A DNA stretch of 64,000 bases from SAR202 cluster bacterium (GTDB lineage: Bacteria; Chloroflexota; Dehalococcoidia; Lucifugimonadales; VXLM01). The notes beneath the pieces were generated by a model. That model had not been told where the DNA came from and searched no databases. It worked only from the letters and a program-made list of their open reading frames with translations. Shown here piece after piece: positions 19,513 to 27,964 of the stretch (position 1 is its first letter; each line of letters opens with the position of its first letter). A program made the translations under genes and the position numbers. The stretch is taken from assembly GCA_022448725.1 (NCBI GenBank), contig JAKUTR010000002.1, positions 60,535 to 124,534 on the forward strand, given 5' to 3'.

Positions 19513-20678
19513 TATCTGCCTCAGAAATTCCTCATTATATCGTTATAATATCGGCAGTATATTTTTTAATTATAACTGTGGTCAACATTCGTTTTATTGA
19601 GTACTTAATAGACCCGAATAAGAAATGGATCAATGAACCTTCTAAGGATTTAGTTTCTGTTCTCGTCCCAGCTCGTAATGAAGAAGACGGAATTAGTGAT
19701 TGTCTCCACGCTCTTAGTATTCAAACATACGATCCGTTAGAGATTCTCATTCTGGATGATCGCTCAACTGATCAAACTGCCGAGATCATAAAATCTTTCG
19801 CCGACTCCGATCCACGTATAAAGATGATTAGGGGTTCCGAACCCCCAGAGGGATGGCTTGGGAAACACTGGGCTTGCGATCAGTTGTACCAACAAGCAAA
19901 CGGAGATTTACTACTATTCATGGATGCTGACACCATCTTGTCTGATGGAACAGTAACAGCCTCTGTACATGAATCTAACATAAGGCAAGCTGACCTTTTG
20001 ACTGTTATGCCTCAGCGGATTGCTACCTGTATAACAGAGCGCCTTATGTTCCCCTTCTTGGACTGGATCCTTTTCTCTGGGATGCCTATGGCCTACGCGC
20101 ACCGCAGTAGCAATCAATATCTATCCGCCGCCTTTGGTCAATTTATGCTTTTTAGACGTGATGCCTATACACGTACTGGCGGTCATGCTGAAATTCGAAG
20201 CAACCCCTTAGATGACTTTACACTTGGCCGGATAATCAAGAGGCTTGGATTAACGTGGGTTCTGTATCAGGGCACCGAGTCGGTGCAAACCCTAGGATAC
20301 AAGGGAGATATAGAGGCATTCAGAGGAATCTCACGCAGCGTTTTTCCTGCTATAAACTATAGAGTCAGTGTGTTTATTTTGTTCTCTGTAATCCTTACTT
20401 CACTTAGTTTTCTACCACTTGCAACCCTTGTGGCCAGTGTACTGTTAAATCAACAGGCCACAGAACTCTTGGTATTGTCCACAATGTCATTAGGCATGAT
20501 CATAATCTCTTGGGGCATCGTGTGCCGGAAATTCAAACACAGTATCCTAACAGTCCTCTTCTATCCTCTATCAGTGGCGGTTATTATTGTTCTAGCTTGG
20601 CACTCTTTTTTCACATATACCTTTGGGGTAGCAGACTGGAAGAGTCGTAGAATACTTGGCAAGAAAACACGGTTATAG
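19509..20678 (+). CDS. Membrane-bound glycosyltransferase family 2
   Basis: Has VSVLVPARNEE, ILILDDRSTD and LLFMDADT (DxD), flanked by an N-terminal TM helix and several C-terminal ones. Its start overlaps the plsY stop. Confidence 0.75.
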   Translation: MISASEIPHYIVIISAVYFLIITVVNIRFIEYLIDPNKKWINEPSKDLVSVLVPARNEEDGISDCLHALSIQTYDPLEILILDDRSTDQTAEIIKSFADSDPRIKMIRGSEPPEGWLGKHWACDQLYQQANGDLLLFMDADTILSDGTVTASVHESNIRQADLLTVMPQRIATCITERLMFPFLDWILFSGMPMAYAHRSSNQYLSAAFGQFMLFRRDAYTRTGGHAEIRSNPLDDFTLGRIIKRLGLTWVLYQGTESVQTLGYKGDIEAFRGISRSVFPAINYRVSVFILFSVILTSLSFLPLATLVASVLLNQQATELLVLSTMSLGMIIISWGIVCRKFKHSILTVLFYPLSVAVIIVLAWHSFFTYTFGVADWKSRRILGKKTRL

Positions 20679-20726
20679 CACTTATTTAGGGAATCGGGGT
20701 CGTAGGGACACAAACCTACCAATCTC

Positions 20727-21842
20727 TTAATCGACGTCCGTGGCACGGACACTCGAACCATCCACGGCATCCGATACCGCGTACCCCATGTCCTGAAGCT
20801 GGTCGCGCAGAAGATCCGCTGTATCCCAGTCCTTCCTCTGTCGTGCTACCTGGCGTTCTGCAATTAATTCAGCAACGTTCTGGGGTAGTGGCGTGTCTAC
20901 CGGTATCTCGCTAGCAGCCACCACAGAATTCCATATGTTAGATAGAATCCCTTCCTCTTGCATAGGAAGGTTAAGAGAGCCAAGTTCTCCTAGTGGAATT
21001 TCAGAGTTCTGTTCAAAAACTCTTTCATCTCCATCATTTATTATAGTGACCGTTCCCTTCCCGATAACCCGACATATCAGTTTCGAGAAATCAAAGGTGA
21101 GGCTAGTATGTTCATCTATCCCCACAAGTGCGGTTCCACTAGGCAGTGTAGCTAATAGAGCTTCCAGCCTGGGTTTACCAATGTAGCAACGGCTCGTATC
21201 TAGCTTAGTTCCGCCTTCTGTGTTATTCCAATGCGTCACAAATGCAGCGCTGATACCTAGTTCCCCGAGTAGATCAAGACCCTGAATCCAATGCGGATCC
21301 TCACCAACTTTGTAGATTTCGTATACCGGTAGAACTTTGAGCCCAATCGCAATTGCTGCGCTACTAGAAAAGGCAAGGCAAGCGCCTAGCCGATGACGGG
21401 CTCGTATAATTTCCCACGCCAAGCTCCCAGTCAGATGACGAACAGTGTAACTAGGACTACCTGGCCCCATAAAGATATAATTCGCATTGAGCAATGGTCG
21501 TAAAATATCGAAGTTGTTGGTCCCAAACTCTGTGTCATTTCGCCGCGCAGGAACGACTGTAACGTTTGGTTTATAGTTCTGAAGTCGGTGCTCAATGAAG
21601 CCTGCTACTCTACCCGCAACGTCTGATGAGTTGAGTTCGAAACCTGCGGGGGTCTCCATTATGGCAACGTTAACTGGCGGAGGGAGAGTCTGAAAGGAGC
21701 TTTCATAAAAGACGCGCCCTCCCGGAGCAGTCTCACCCGACCCCATCAAGGTTATAAGTCCAGGAATATACACAGCGATTTCTCGATTAACAGAATCATA
21801 CCATTGGTTTCCAGCAGTGGCTTTGTTTGACGTAGAGCGCAC
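20727..21842 (-). CDS. Peptidase-S51/cyanophycinase-like domain fused to a CysRS C-terminal-tail-like domain
   Basis: The N-terminal ~300 aa carry LMGSGE, FMGPGSPSY, FSSSAAIAIG and GIDEHTSL, a pattern resembling the S51 / class-I glutamine-amidotransferase-like fold. The last ~50 aa read VAELIAERQVARQRKDWDTADLLRDQLQDMGYAVSDAVDGSSVR. This closely parallels the E. coli CysS tail [45 protein letters not shown] (from memory). Confidence 0.5.
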   Translation of the reverse strand: MRSTSNKATAGNQWYDSVNREIAVYIPGLITLMGSGETAPGGRVFYESSFQTLPPPVNVAIMETPAGFELNSSDVAGRVAGFIEHRLQNYKPNVTVVPARRNDTEFGTNNFDILRPLLNANYIFMGPGSPSYTVRHLTGSLAWEIIRARHRLGACLAFSSSAAIAIGLKVLPVYEIYKVGEDPHWIQGLDLLGELGISAAFVTHWNNTEGGTKLDTSRCYIGKPRLEALLATLPSGTALVGIDEHTSLTFDFSKLICRVIGKGTVTIINDGDERVFEQNSEIPLGELGSLNLPMQEEGILSNIWNSVVAASEIPVDTPLPQNVAELIAERQVARQRKDWDTADLLRDQLQDMGYAVSDAVDGSSVRATDVD

Positions 21843-21884
21843 GAGATATTACGTTTTCCAAGAACAAATAAAGGAGTACAGACC

Positions 21885-22604
21885 GTGCTAAGAAAAGAAG
21901 GTCGCCTGGACAGTGAACTACGCCCCACCGTGATCACCAAAAACGTGCAGGAATTCGCTGAAGGATCTGTCATGATCTCTACCGGGAAGACCCAGGTCTT
22001 GTGCGCAGTCAGTGTAGTAGAGGGAGTCCCTCGATTCCTAGAAGGTGCCGGACGTGGGTGGGTAACGGCTGAATACGCTATGCTCCCTCGTGCAACAACC
22101 TCCCGCAACAAACGTGAAGGGAGAGACGGTGCTCTCAAGGGGAGGACCCAAGAGATTCAGCGACTCATTGGTCGATCTCTGAGAGCAGCAGTGGATACAG
22201 TAGGCCTCGGAGAGCGGACACTGACGGTGGACTGCGATGTCATAGTAGCAGACGGAGGAACGCGGACAGCCTCGATAACAGGCGCATATGTGGCCGTAAA
22301 CCTCGCACTGCGTAACCTTGTGAACCAAGGGATATTGAAAGAACTACCGATCACGGTAGCCGTGGCATCAACGAGTGTCGGAATTCTAGATGGCATGCCG
22401 TTGCTTGATTTGGATTACGATGAGGACTCCGCCGCCGATGTGGATTTCAACGTTGTCATGACAAATAGCGGAGACCTGATAGAGGTACAGGGAACCGCCG
22501 AAGGCCGCGCCTTTTCTCGTGAGGCGCTAGATCAAGTACTTGATCTAGCAGAGATGGGAATTACTGACCTCTTTCAGATTCAGCAGGAAGCCTTATCCAG
22601 TTGA
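21885..22604 (+). CDS. rph: Ribonuclease PH
   Basis: Has GRLDSELRP...EGSVMISTGKTQVLCAVS, LKGRTQEIQRLIGRSLR and DCDVIVADGGTRTASITGAYVA. GTG start. Confidence 0.9.
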   Translation: MLRKEGRLDSELRPTVITKNVQEFAEGSVMISTGKTQVLCAVSVVEGVPRFLEGAGRGWVTAEYAMLPRATTSRNKREGRDGALKGRTQEIQRLIGRSLRAAVDTVGLGERTLTVDCDVIVADGGTRTASITGAYVAVNLALRNLVNQGILKELPITVAVASTSVGILDGMPLLDLDYDEDSAADVDFNVVMTNSGDLIEVQGTAEGRAFSREALDQVLDLAEMGITDLFQIQQEALSS

Positions 22605-22630
22605 AACCCAGCATCTCTACTCTCTACACA

Positions 22631-22651
22631 TAGCCGAGGTTACCTCGGCTA
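22631..22651 (+). terminator. Possible rph terminator hairpin
   Basis: TAGCCGAGG-TTA-CCTCGGCTA forms a 9-bp stem 27 nt after the rph stop, followed by TTAAATTT. The T-tract is weak. Confidence 0.35.
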
Positions 22652-22780
22652 TTAAATTTGCCTTGGCAACATGTTTGAAAAAGTAACCGCGCAGATGGTT
22701 GCGATCCCCTAATGACCACTAACCCCCGGGAATGTGACCGTCCGTAAACGAAATATCCCATCTTCCACCTTGAGGTGTGG

Positions 22781-22870
22781 TGGCGGAGAGTGTGGGATTC
22801 GAACCCACGGTCCCCTTGCGAGGACACACGATTTCCAGTCGTGCCCAATCGGCCGCTCTGGCAACTCTCC
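22781..22870 (-). tRNA. tRNA-Ser (anticodon GGA), CCA encoded
   Basis: The minus strand reads GGAGAGTTGCCAGAGCGGCCGATTGGGCACGACTGGAAATCGTG...GGGTTCGAATCCCACACTCTCCGCCA. It has a 7-bp acceptor stem, G73 discriminator, anticodon loop CTGGAAA, long variable arm and GTTCGAATC T-loop. Confidence 0.9.
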
Positions 22871-22878
22871 GCTATTCG

Positions 22879-22906
22879 GAAGAATCGCATCGCGATGCGA
22901 TTCTTC
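22879..22906. repeat. 28-bp perfect palindrome in the spacer between the two tRNA-Ser genes
   Basis: GAAGAATCGCATCGCGATGCGATTCTTC is its own reverse complement. Confidence 0.9.
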
Positions 22907-22911
22907 GTCTA

Positions 22912-23001
22912 TGGCGGAGAGAGTGGGATTCGAACCCACGATGAGGTTGCCCCCATACCGGTTTTCGAGACCGGCGCCTTAAACCGCTCGGCCATCTCTC
23001 C
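22912..23001 (-). tRNA. tRNA-Ser (anticodon CGA), CCA encoded
   Basis: The minus strand reads GGAGAGATGGCCGAGCGGTTTAAGGCGCCGGTCTCGAAAACCGG...GGGTTCGAATCCCACTCTCTCCGCCA. It has anticodon loop CTCGAAA, a long variable arm and G73. Confidence 0.9.
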
Positions 23002-23017
23002 GCATTTTCGGTCCCGA

Positions 23018-23026
23018 ATTATACCA
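23018..23026 (-). promoter_or_regulatory. Candidate extended -10 promoter element for the tRNA-Ser pair
   Basis: The minus strand reads TGGTATAAT (TGn + TATAAT) 16 nt upstream of the tRNA-Ser(CGA) 5' end. There is no good -35. Confidence 0.35.
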
Positions 23027-23223
23027 TGCAAGTGGTCTTCAACCGCCATTGACCAGTCTACCACGCGGCCCCTATACTGCCCCATTCAGGGAACGATCAA
23101 AAAAGAGGCGATGAATATCACCATAGTGCTCTGACTTACCAAGCTCGTGCTTGTGGGAGGGGGTAAATCAAAGTGTTTGTCCCACCGGGCTAAACAGAGC
23201 CAACCATCTTCCTGGAGACTGAA

Positions 23224-24693
23224 ATGGAACGACCCCAGCGTACAATTTATTTTAATGATGCCAGGCATTTTTTCCTGTTCGTATTCGAGCCACCAATGAC
23301 CATAGAAGACGCATGGCGACCTGTCGACGAGGTTGCAGGAACCGGAGTCAATACGCTTGTTTATGGCATTGCAAGGGCAGACGGGCTGTTCTTTCCGACG
23401 AAGACCGGTAAATTATTTTGCAGCCATCTCGACGATATAGAAAACTCAATCTACTGGAAGGTTCGGGAAAACATTCTTTCTTTACAGGAACGTGGTCTTG
23501 ATTTACTCCAGGTCCTCGCAGACCGTGCACATGAGAAACGTATGGAGTTCTTTACAAGTTTCCGCATGGGCACATATGAGGGAGTTGGCAGTCCTTCATC
23601 TGACCCGAACGTAGGAGGCAGAGGCCTCGCCGATCCAGATGCACGTGAGAAACAATACCGGGTGTTCGAAGAAATCGCGACCTACAACATCGAGGGCATT
23701 GAACTCGACTTTGGTGGTAGCCCTGGGGGTATGCCACCTGTGCTCGTGGAGGATGACATATCCACACATAGTTCAGTGTTGACCGATCACGTCCGCCGCA
23801 TTTCTGAAATGGTTCGTCTGCAAGGTAAGCAAGTTGGGCTACGAATCCCTTGCGTAGAGAAAGTATGTGATTCCCAAGGATTTGAGATTCGAACTTGGTT
23901 ACAAGAAGGGCTAATCGATTACGTTGTGCCTATGATGTATGCGAATCTCCGGATTGATACTCAGATGCCGATTGGGTGGATTGTGGAAGCATCCAACGAT
24001 GCTGATGTACCCGTCTACGGTATGCTTCAGCCCTTTTTCGAAGACGGTTATCCCAACCACGGTTATTACGAACACTTCACTCCTGAATTAATGCGAGCCG
24101 CGGCGTCCAATTTCCTGACAAAAGGAGTAGACGGTCTTTATACATGGTTCCTCGACTGGCCACTAGGCTCTGCGGAGCGCGCTATGCTCACGGAGATCGC
24201 TGATCCTAGCTTGATGATCGAAGCCGATAAACAATATCGCTTGCCGCGTCGCGAACAGCGGTCCGCTGAGTTCGGTTACGGCGCGACGCTCCCAATCGAT
24301 ATCCCCAAGGCAGATACAAAGGATCGGCGGAAAATCCCAATTCAAATCTCAGATGACCCTGTTGGTAATTCGAATCGAATCCAGAAAATAACTCTTCGAA
24401 TACGTATTCGCAATACTGTAAGCGCTGACAGGTACTCCATTCTACTTAATGGTCAGTCGCTGAGCGAAGAACCAACACGTAGGACCTCAGGTGCTTTCGT
24501 CCGGATCCCTGTCTCTCCACATCGGATCGAACACTACAGCTCACAATGGCTAGAAATCGATCTGAACTCCGTACGGCCTACACAAGGATCTAATGTAATC
24601 GAGATATCGCTGGATAACAGGCCTCCGAAACTAAGCGGTGGTGTCACCATAGACGACCTAGAAATCAATATCGAGTACGACCAGTTTGGGTAA
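23224..24693 (+). CDS. Uncharacterised protein, paralog 1 of a 3-member family (TIM-barrel glycosidase-like N-domain + C-terminal beta-sandwich-like domain)
   Basis: 489 aa. It shares blocks with the ORFs at 41893..43434 and 53753..55333: FNDARHF, PVDEVAGTGVNTLVYG, LQERGLDLL..RAHEKRMEFFTSFRM, IEGIELDF, IRTWLQEGLIDYVVP and GVDGLYTWFLDWPLG. I recognised no named family. Confidence 0.6.
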   Translation: MERPQRTIYFNDARHFFLFVFEPPMTIEDAWRPVDEVAGTGVNTLVYGIARADGLFFPTKTGKLFCSHLDDIENSIYWKVRENILSLQERGLDLLQVLADRAHEKRMEFFTSFRMGTYEGVGSPSSDPNVGGRGLADPDAREKQYRVFEEIATYNIEGIELDFGGSPGGMPPVLVEDDISTHSSVLTDHVRRISEMVRLQGKQVGLRIPCVEKVCDSQGFEIRTWLQEGLIDYVVPMMYANLRIDTQMPIGWIVEASNDADVPVYGMLQPFFEDGYPNHGYYEHFTPELMRAAASNFLTKGVDGLYTWFLDWPLGSAERAMLTEIADPSLMIEADKQYRLPRREQRSAEFGYGATLPIDIPKADTKDRRKIPIQISDDPVGNSNRIQKITLRIRIRNTVSADRYSILLNGQSLSEEPTRRTSGAFVRIPVSPHRIEHYSSQWLEIDLNSVRPTQGSNVIEISLDNRPPKLSGGVTIDDLEINIEYDQFG

Positions 24694-24759
24694 TACCTGT
24701 GGAAAATAGACTGCTAGTGGGTGTACTACTTTGAATTCGCGAATACGTGATCGATAGAC

Positions 24760-25971
24760 CTATACCGAAGGAGCTAAAACCGCCAAGGTTTCGACATGGT
24801 GGGTCTGCGGAAACATGTCAATAGGCGAGACAGTTTGAACCTGTAATCCCCCACGTACGAGGATATCTAGGTCACGACCTAAAGCAGTAGGATCGCAGGA
24901 AACGTATACAGTGCGGTCTGGTAACCAGTGAAGGACCTCATCAATCGTAGCAGGATGACACCCGGAGCGTGGTGGGTCCAAGACAACTGCGTCAGGACGT
25001 GTGTTGAGCGTACGTAGTACTTCCTCCGTTTTGCCCAACTGGAACTCTATATTATGAATCCCTTCCGCGTTTATTTTTGCATCCTTAACTGCACTGTCTG
25101 ATTCCTCAATAGCAATGACTCGAGACGCGGAATCCGCGAGTAAGATCGCGAAGGTTCCGACACCCGCATAGGCATCAACTATAGTCTCATCCCCTCTCAG
25201 ATCGAGCGATTCCCGCACCAGCGAACCTAACACTTCAGCTTGACTTGTATTTACTTGGAAGAACGACGGTGATCCTATTTTGAACATGTGGTTCGAGAGA
25301 AGTTCACTGTAGTGCGTTTGGCCCGAATCAAACGAGATCTCTGTATTATCAAGTTTGGGTTGTACAAGCCATTGATCAGTGTTGACACCATAGCGAATTG
25401 ATAGCTGGCTGGTCTCCTGGGCTCGGCCAGCGAGTTTACTTAACAGCCTGTTTATCCCTGCAGTCATTAGCAAACATCTGTCAATCTCGACAAACTGGCG
25501 CGTGATTCGATTGACAAATCCGGGTGTACCACTCTTCCGCACAGTGAAACGCGCGTGGTTGCGATAACCATACAGATCAGAAGTGCCAATCGTCTCGTCA
25601 ACATTGACCTCTCTTAGGGAAGGGTACATCCCTAATTCGCGGACGACGTACTCTCTTTTCAGTACCAACTGATAATCATAGCCAATATGCTCCCACTGAC
25701 AGCCGGTGCATTTCCCAAAATAGGCACACGGAGGTTTTACTCGATGCTGGGAAGGTTTAATTACTTCTGACACTATCCCAGAAATCATCTGCTTACGGCG
25801 GCGTCGATATCTGACGATCCTTACCTGGACTTCTTCACCAGGAATGCCTCCAAAAACGTTGATGCTTTGGTCTTCAAAATTGGCAGTGCAATCGCCCATA
25901 GGACCAATCTGCTCATTAAGAGTAACGAGCGCATACTCTTCAGAATCCTGGCGGTGCATCTGGTTCAACAT
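24760..25971 (-). CDS. RumA/RlmD-type 23S rRNA (uracil-5-)-methyltransferase
   Basis: Has an N-terminal TRAM-like region, the Cys cluster CAYFGKCTGCQWEH, the SAM motif VDAYAGVGTF and C-terminal DPPRSG...YVSCDP. Confidence 0.85.
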   Translation of the reverse strand: MLNQMHRQDSEEYALVTLNEQIGPMGDCTANFEDQSINVFGGIPGEEVQVRIVRYRRRRKQMISGIVSEVIKPSQHRVKPPCAYFGKCTGCQWEHIGYDYQLVLKREYVVRELGMYPSLREVNVDETIGTSDLYGYRNHARFTVRKSGTPGFVNRITRQFVEIDRCLLMTAGINRLLSKLAGRAQETSQLSIRYGVNTDQWLVQPKLDNTEISFDSGQTHYSELLSNHMFKIGSPSFFQVNTSQAEVLGSLVRESLDLRGDETIVDAYAGVGTFAILLADSASRVIAIEESDSAVKDAKINAEGIHNIEFQLGKTEEVLRTLNTRPDAVVLDPPRSGCHPATIDEVLHWLPDRTVYVSCDPTALGRDLDILVRGGLQVQTVSPIDMFPQTHHVETLAVLAPSV

Positions 25972-26014
25972 ACGAAGACATTCACTTAAAAAGTAACTTG
26001 GATGAAGCTGGCTT

Positions 26015-27184
26015 TTAGAGCTTTACAAGGTCATCTTTTACTCGTTTTGCCATCTGGTCCATGTAGGCATCACGTCCCATTTGGGGTTTTTTGTACTCCA
26101 TACGTCCCTGATGCGGGATCATCCGAAGACCGCGATCTTCAAGCGGGAACTGGACTGCCGTATGACCTCTACGATGCGACTCACGGATGCCAATTGCCAT
26201 CTCCAATACTTTACGTCCATTGTCTCCACTTCCGGGTGGGTCAAGTCCTTGCTCCAAGTAGTCGACAAAAACTTTAACGGAGGCTACCTGCCTGTCACCT
26301 GGCCACTGCCAACCATCAGATTCATAAATTATGTCCCTTTTGCCTGGGGTTGTACCTTCTCGACCTCTAATTGAACTTTCAGGGAATACGCCCGTAACCT
26401 CTTGCAGCGTCTCCCATGATGAAACCCCAGTTGCGGGAGATTTGTACATACGAATGACATCGTTACTGTTCCGGAGCACCCCGTGTGTTCCGTTTACCAC
26501 AAATCCGCGCCCTCTCGCATCGTCATCACGGCTCATAAACGCTTCGATCCCGTTAACGAACCGAAAATAACCAGCGCCACCCTGGTCATGGTCTTTCCAT
26601 GCATCATCTGTGGTCCAACCGATGCACCATGCGATCTCCGCCCAATTAGCGAACATGCGAATGATGCTGAACCGCTGGATAAACCCACCCGATAGTTCGG
26701 TCCCACTACCATCATTGTATTGGATACTTAGTACGTCCCCTATCTCGCCAGCGTCAACCATCTCTTTCGCTTTCTGGTAGGCAGGCAGATTCAAATCAAG
26801 GTCACCCGCGCCAACCTTGACTCCATTTGCTTTACAGACGTTCACTGCACGGTCAGCCTCTTCGAGGGTTGCAGCAAACGGCTTCTCACAAAGAATACCT
26901 TTAACTCCAGATTCGGCACAGCCAATCACAACGCCTGGATTCGGTCGAACCGGCAGAATTGGCGCAGCGATATCAATGTCTTCCTTTGCGAGCATCTCCT
27001 TGTAATCAGTGTACCCCCGAACACCGAAGCGTTTACAGAAGATTTCAAGATTCTCCTCATCTGTATCAGCAGCAGCAACAATATGGGTTCGAGGATCAAG
27101 GCGATAGGCGCCGGCATGCTGCGCCCCTTTTCGCCCTATTCCTATCATCCCAACCTTGTATTTCGCTTCTTTACCGTCGGTCAT
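26015..27184 (-). CDS. Gfo/Idh/MocA family oxidoreductase
   Basis: Has an N-terminal Rossmann motif YKVGMIGIGRKGAQHAGAY, and EKP in ILCEKPFA. Confidence 0.8.
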   Translation of the reverse strand: MTDGKEAKYKVGMIGIGRKGAQHAGAYRLDPRTHIVAAADTDEENLEIFCKRFGVRGYTDYKEMLAKEDIDIAAPILPVRPNPGVVIGCAESGVKGILCEKPFAATLEEADRAVNVCKANGVKVGAGDLDLNLPAYQKAKEMVDAGEIGDVLSIQYNDGSGTELSGGFIQRFSIIRMFANWAEIAWCIGWTTDDAWKDHDQGGAGYFRFVNGIEAFMSRDDDARGRGFVVNGTHGVLRNSNDVIRMYKSPATGVSSWETLQEVTGVFPESSIRGREGTTPGKRDIIYESDGWQWPGDRQVASVKVFVDYLEQGLDPPGSGDNGRKVLEMAIGIRESHRRGHTAVQFPLEDRGLRMIPHQGRMEYKKPQMGRDAYMDQMAKRVKDDLVKL

Positions 27185-27382
27185 AGTTACCTCCGTACAA
27201 TGCTTACTCTACAATCAACCGTAGTTGTGACGCTAAAGCATTAAACTCAGTCCGGTTCAGTGATTATAGCTCTCACCTCGCTTAAGAGAGATAGAGATCC
27301 TTGATAGAACAGCCAATAATCTCGGATATAGATGGCTCATGTCCAGAACACAGGCTATTGGAAACAACTCATGGTCGGCAAT

Positions 27383-27964
27383 TTATGCAACCAACATCAG
27401 TCTCATCCATCGGAGACTAAGCAACAGAACCGGGCGCATTACCCCGACTACGACGGCCGCAATAGGAACGGCGACTAATCCAAAAACTGCTCCCCCTAGC
27501 ACGTCAAGTGGATAGTGAACGCCAACGTACACACGTGAAAAGGCGTATAACGCTGCGAGACTAACTATTACTATCGCAAGACGGCGGTGGAAGAGTCCAA
27601 CACTACCTGTTATGGCAAATGCGGCAGCAGCGGAATTAGACGGAAAAGAAGAATCCGTTGGCCGATAGAAAAGAAGTTCTACCTCATGATTCAGAAACGG
27701 CCGGTCCCGAAAATAGAAGTTGTTGAGCACCTCTATGGAAGAGTTAGCAAGTGCAACAGCAAACACAGCGACTAATATGCCAATTTGGTATCGCTCCCTA
27801 GTCTCCAAATCAGTTCCAGCGAACCATAGTGCAAAGAGAATCAATGCCAGTGTGACCGGCACAAGATAGTCACTAGCAATTAGTCGCATAACCTCATCCA
27901 ATGCAGTAAACTTTCCCGCCCAACCGTTGACCCACAGGAATATTACTTCGTCGAGCTCTCTCAC
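27383..27964 (-). CDS. PAP2-family phosphatase (BcrC/undecaprenyl-diphosphatase-like)
   Basis: PAP2 motifs are present in a 6-TM protein: FRDRPF, SFPSNSAA and SRVYVGVHYPLDV. Confidence 0.8.
   Translation of the reverse strand: MRELDEVIFLWVNGWAGKFTALDEVMRLIASDYLVPVTLALILFALWFAGTDLETRERYQIGILVAVFAVALANSSIEVLNNFYFRDRPFLNHEVELLFYRPTDSSFPSNSAAAAFAITGSVGLFHRRLAIVIVSLAALYAFSRVYVGVHYPLDVLGGAVFGLVAVPIAAVVVGVMRPVLLLSLRWMRLMLVA

Noticed and set aside
22624-23134. Four overlapping ORFs (76-119 aa) on both strands across 22624..23134
   Set aside because: They are read-throughs of the two tRNA-Ser genes and their spacer. Their translations contain the tRNA T-arm sequence (GFEPT/GIRTH repeats), a classic artefact.
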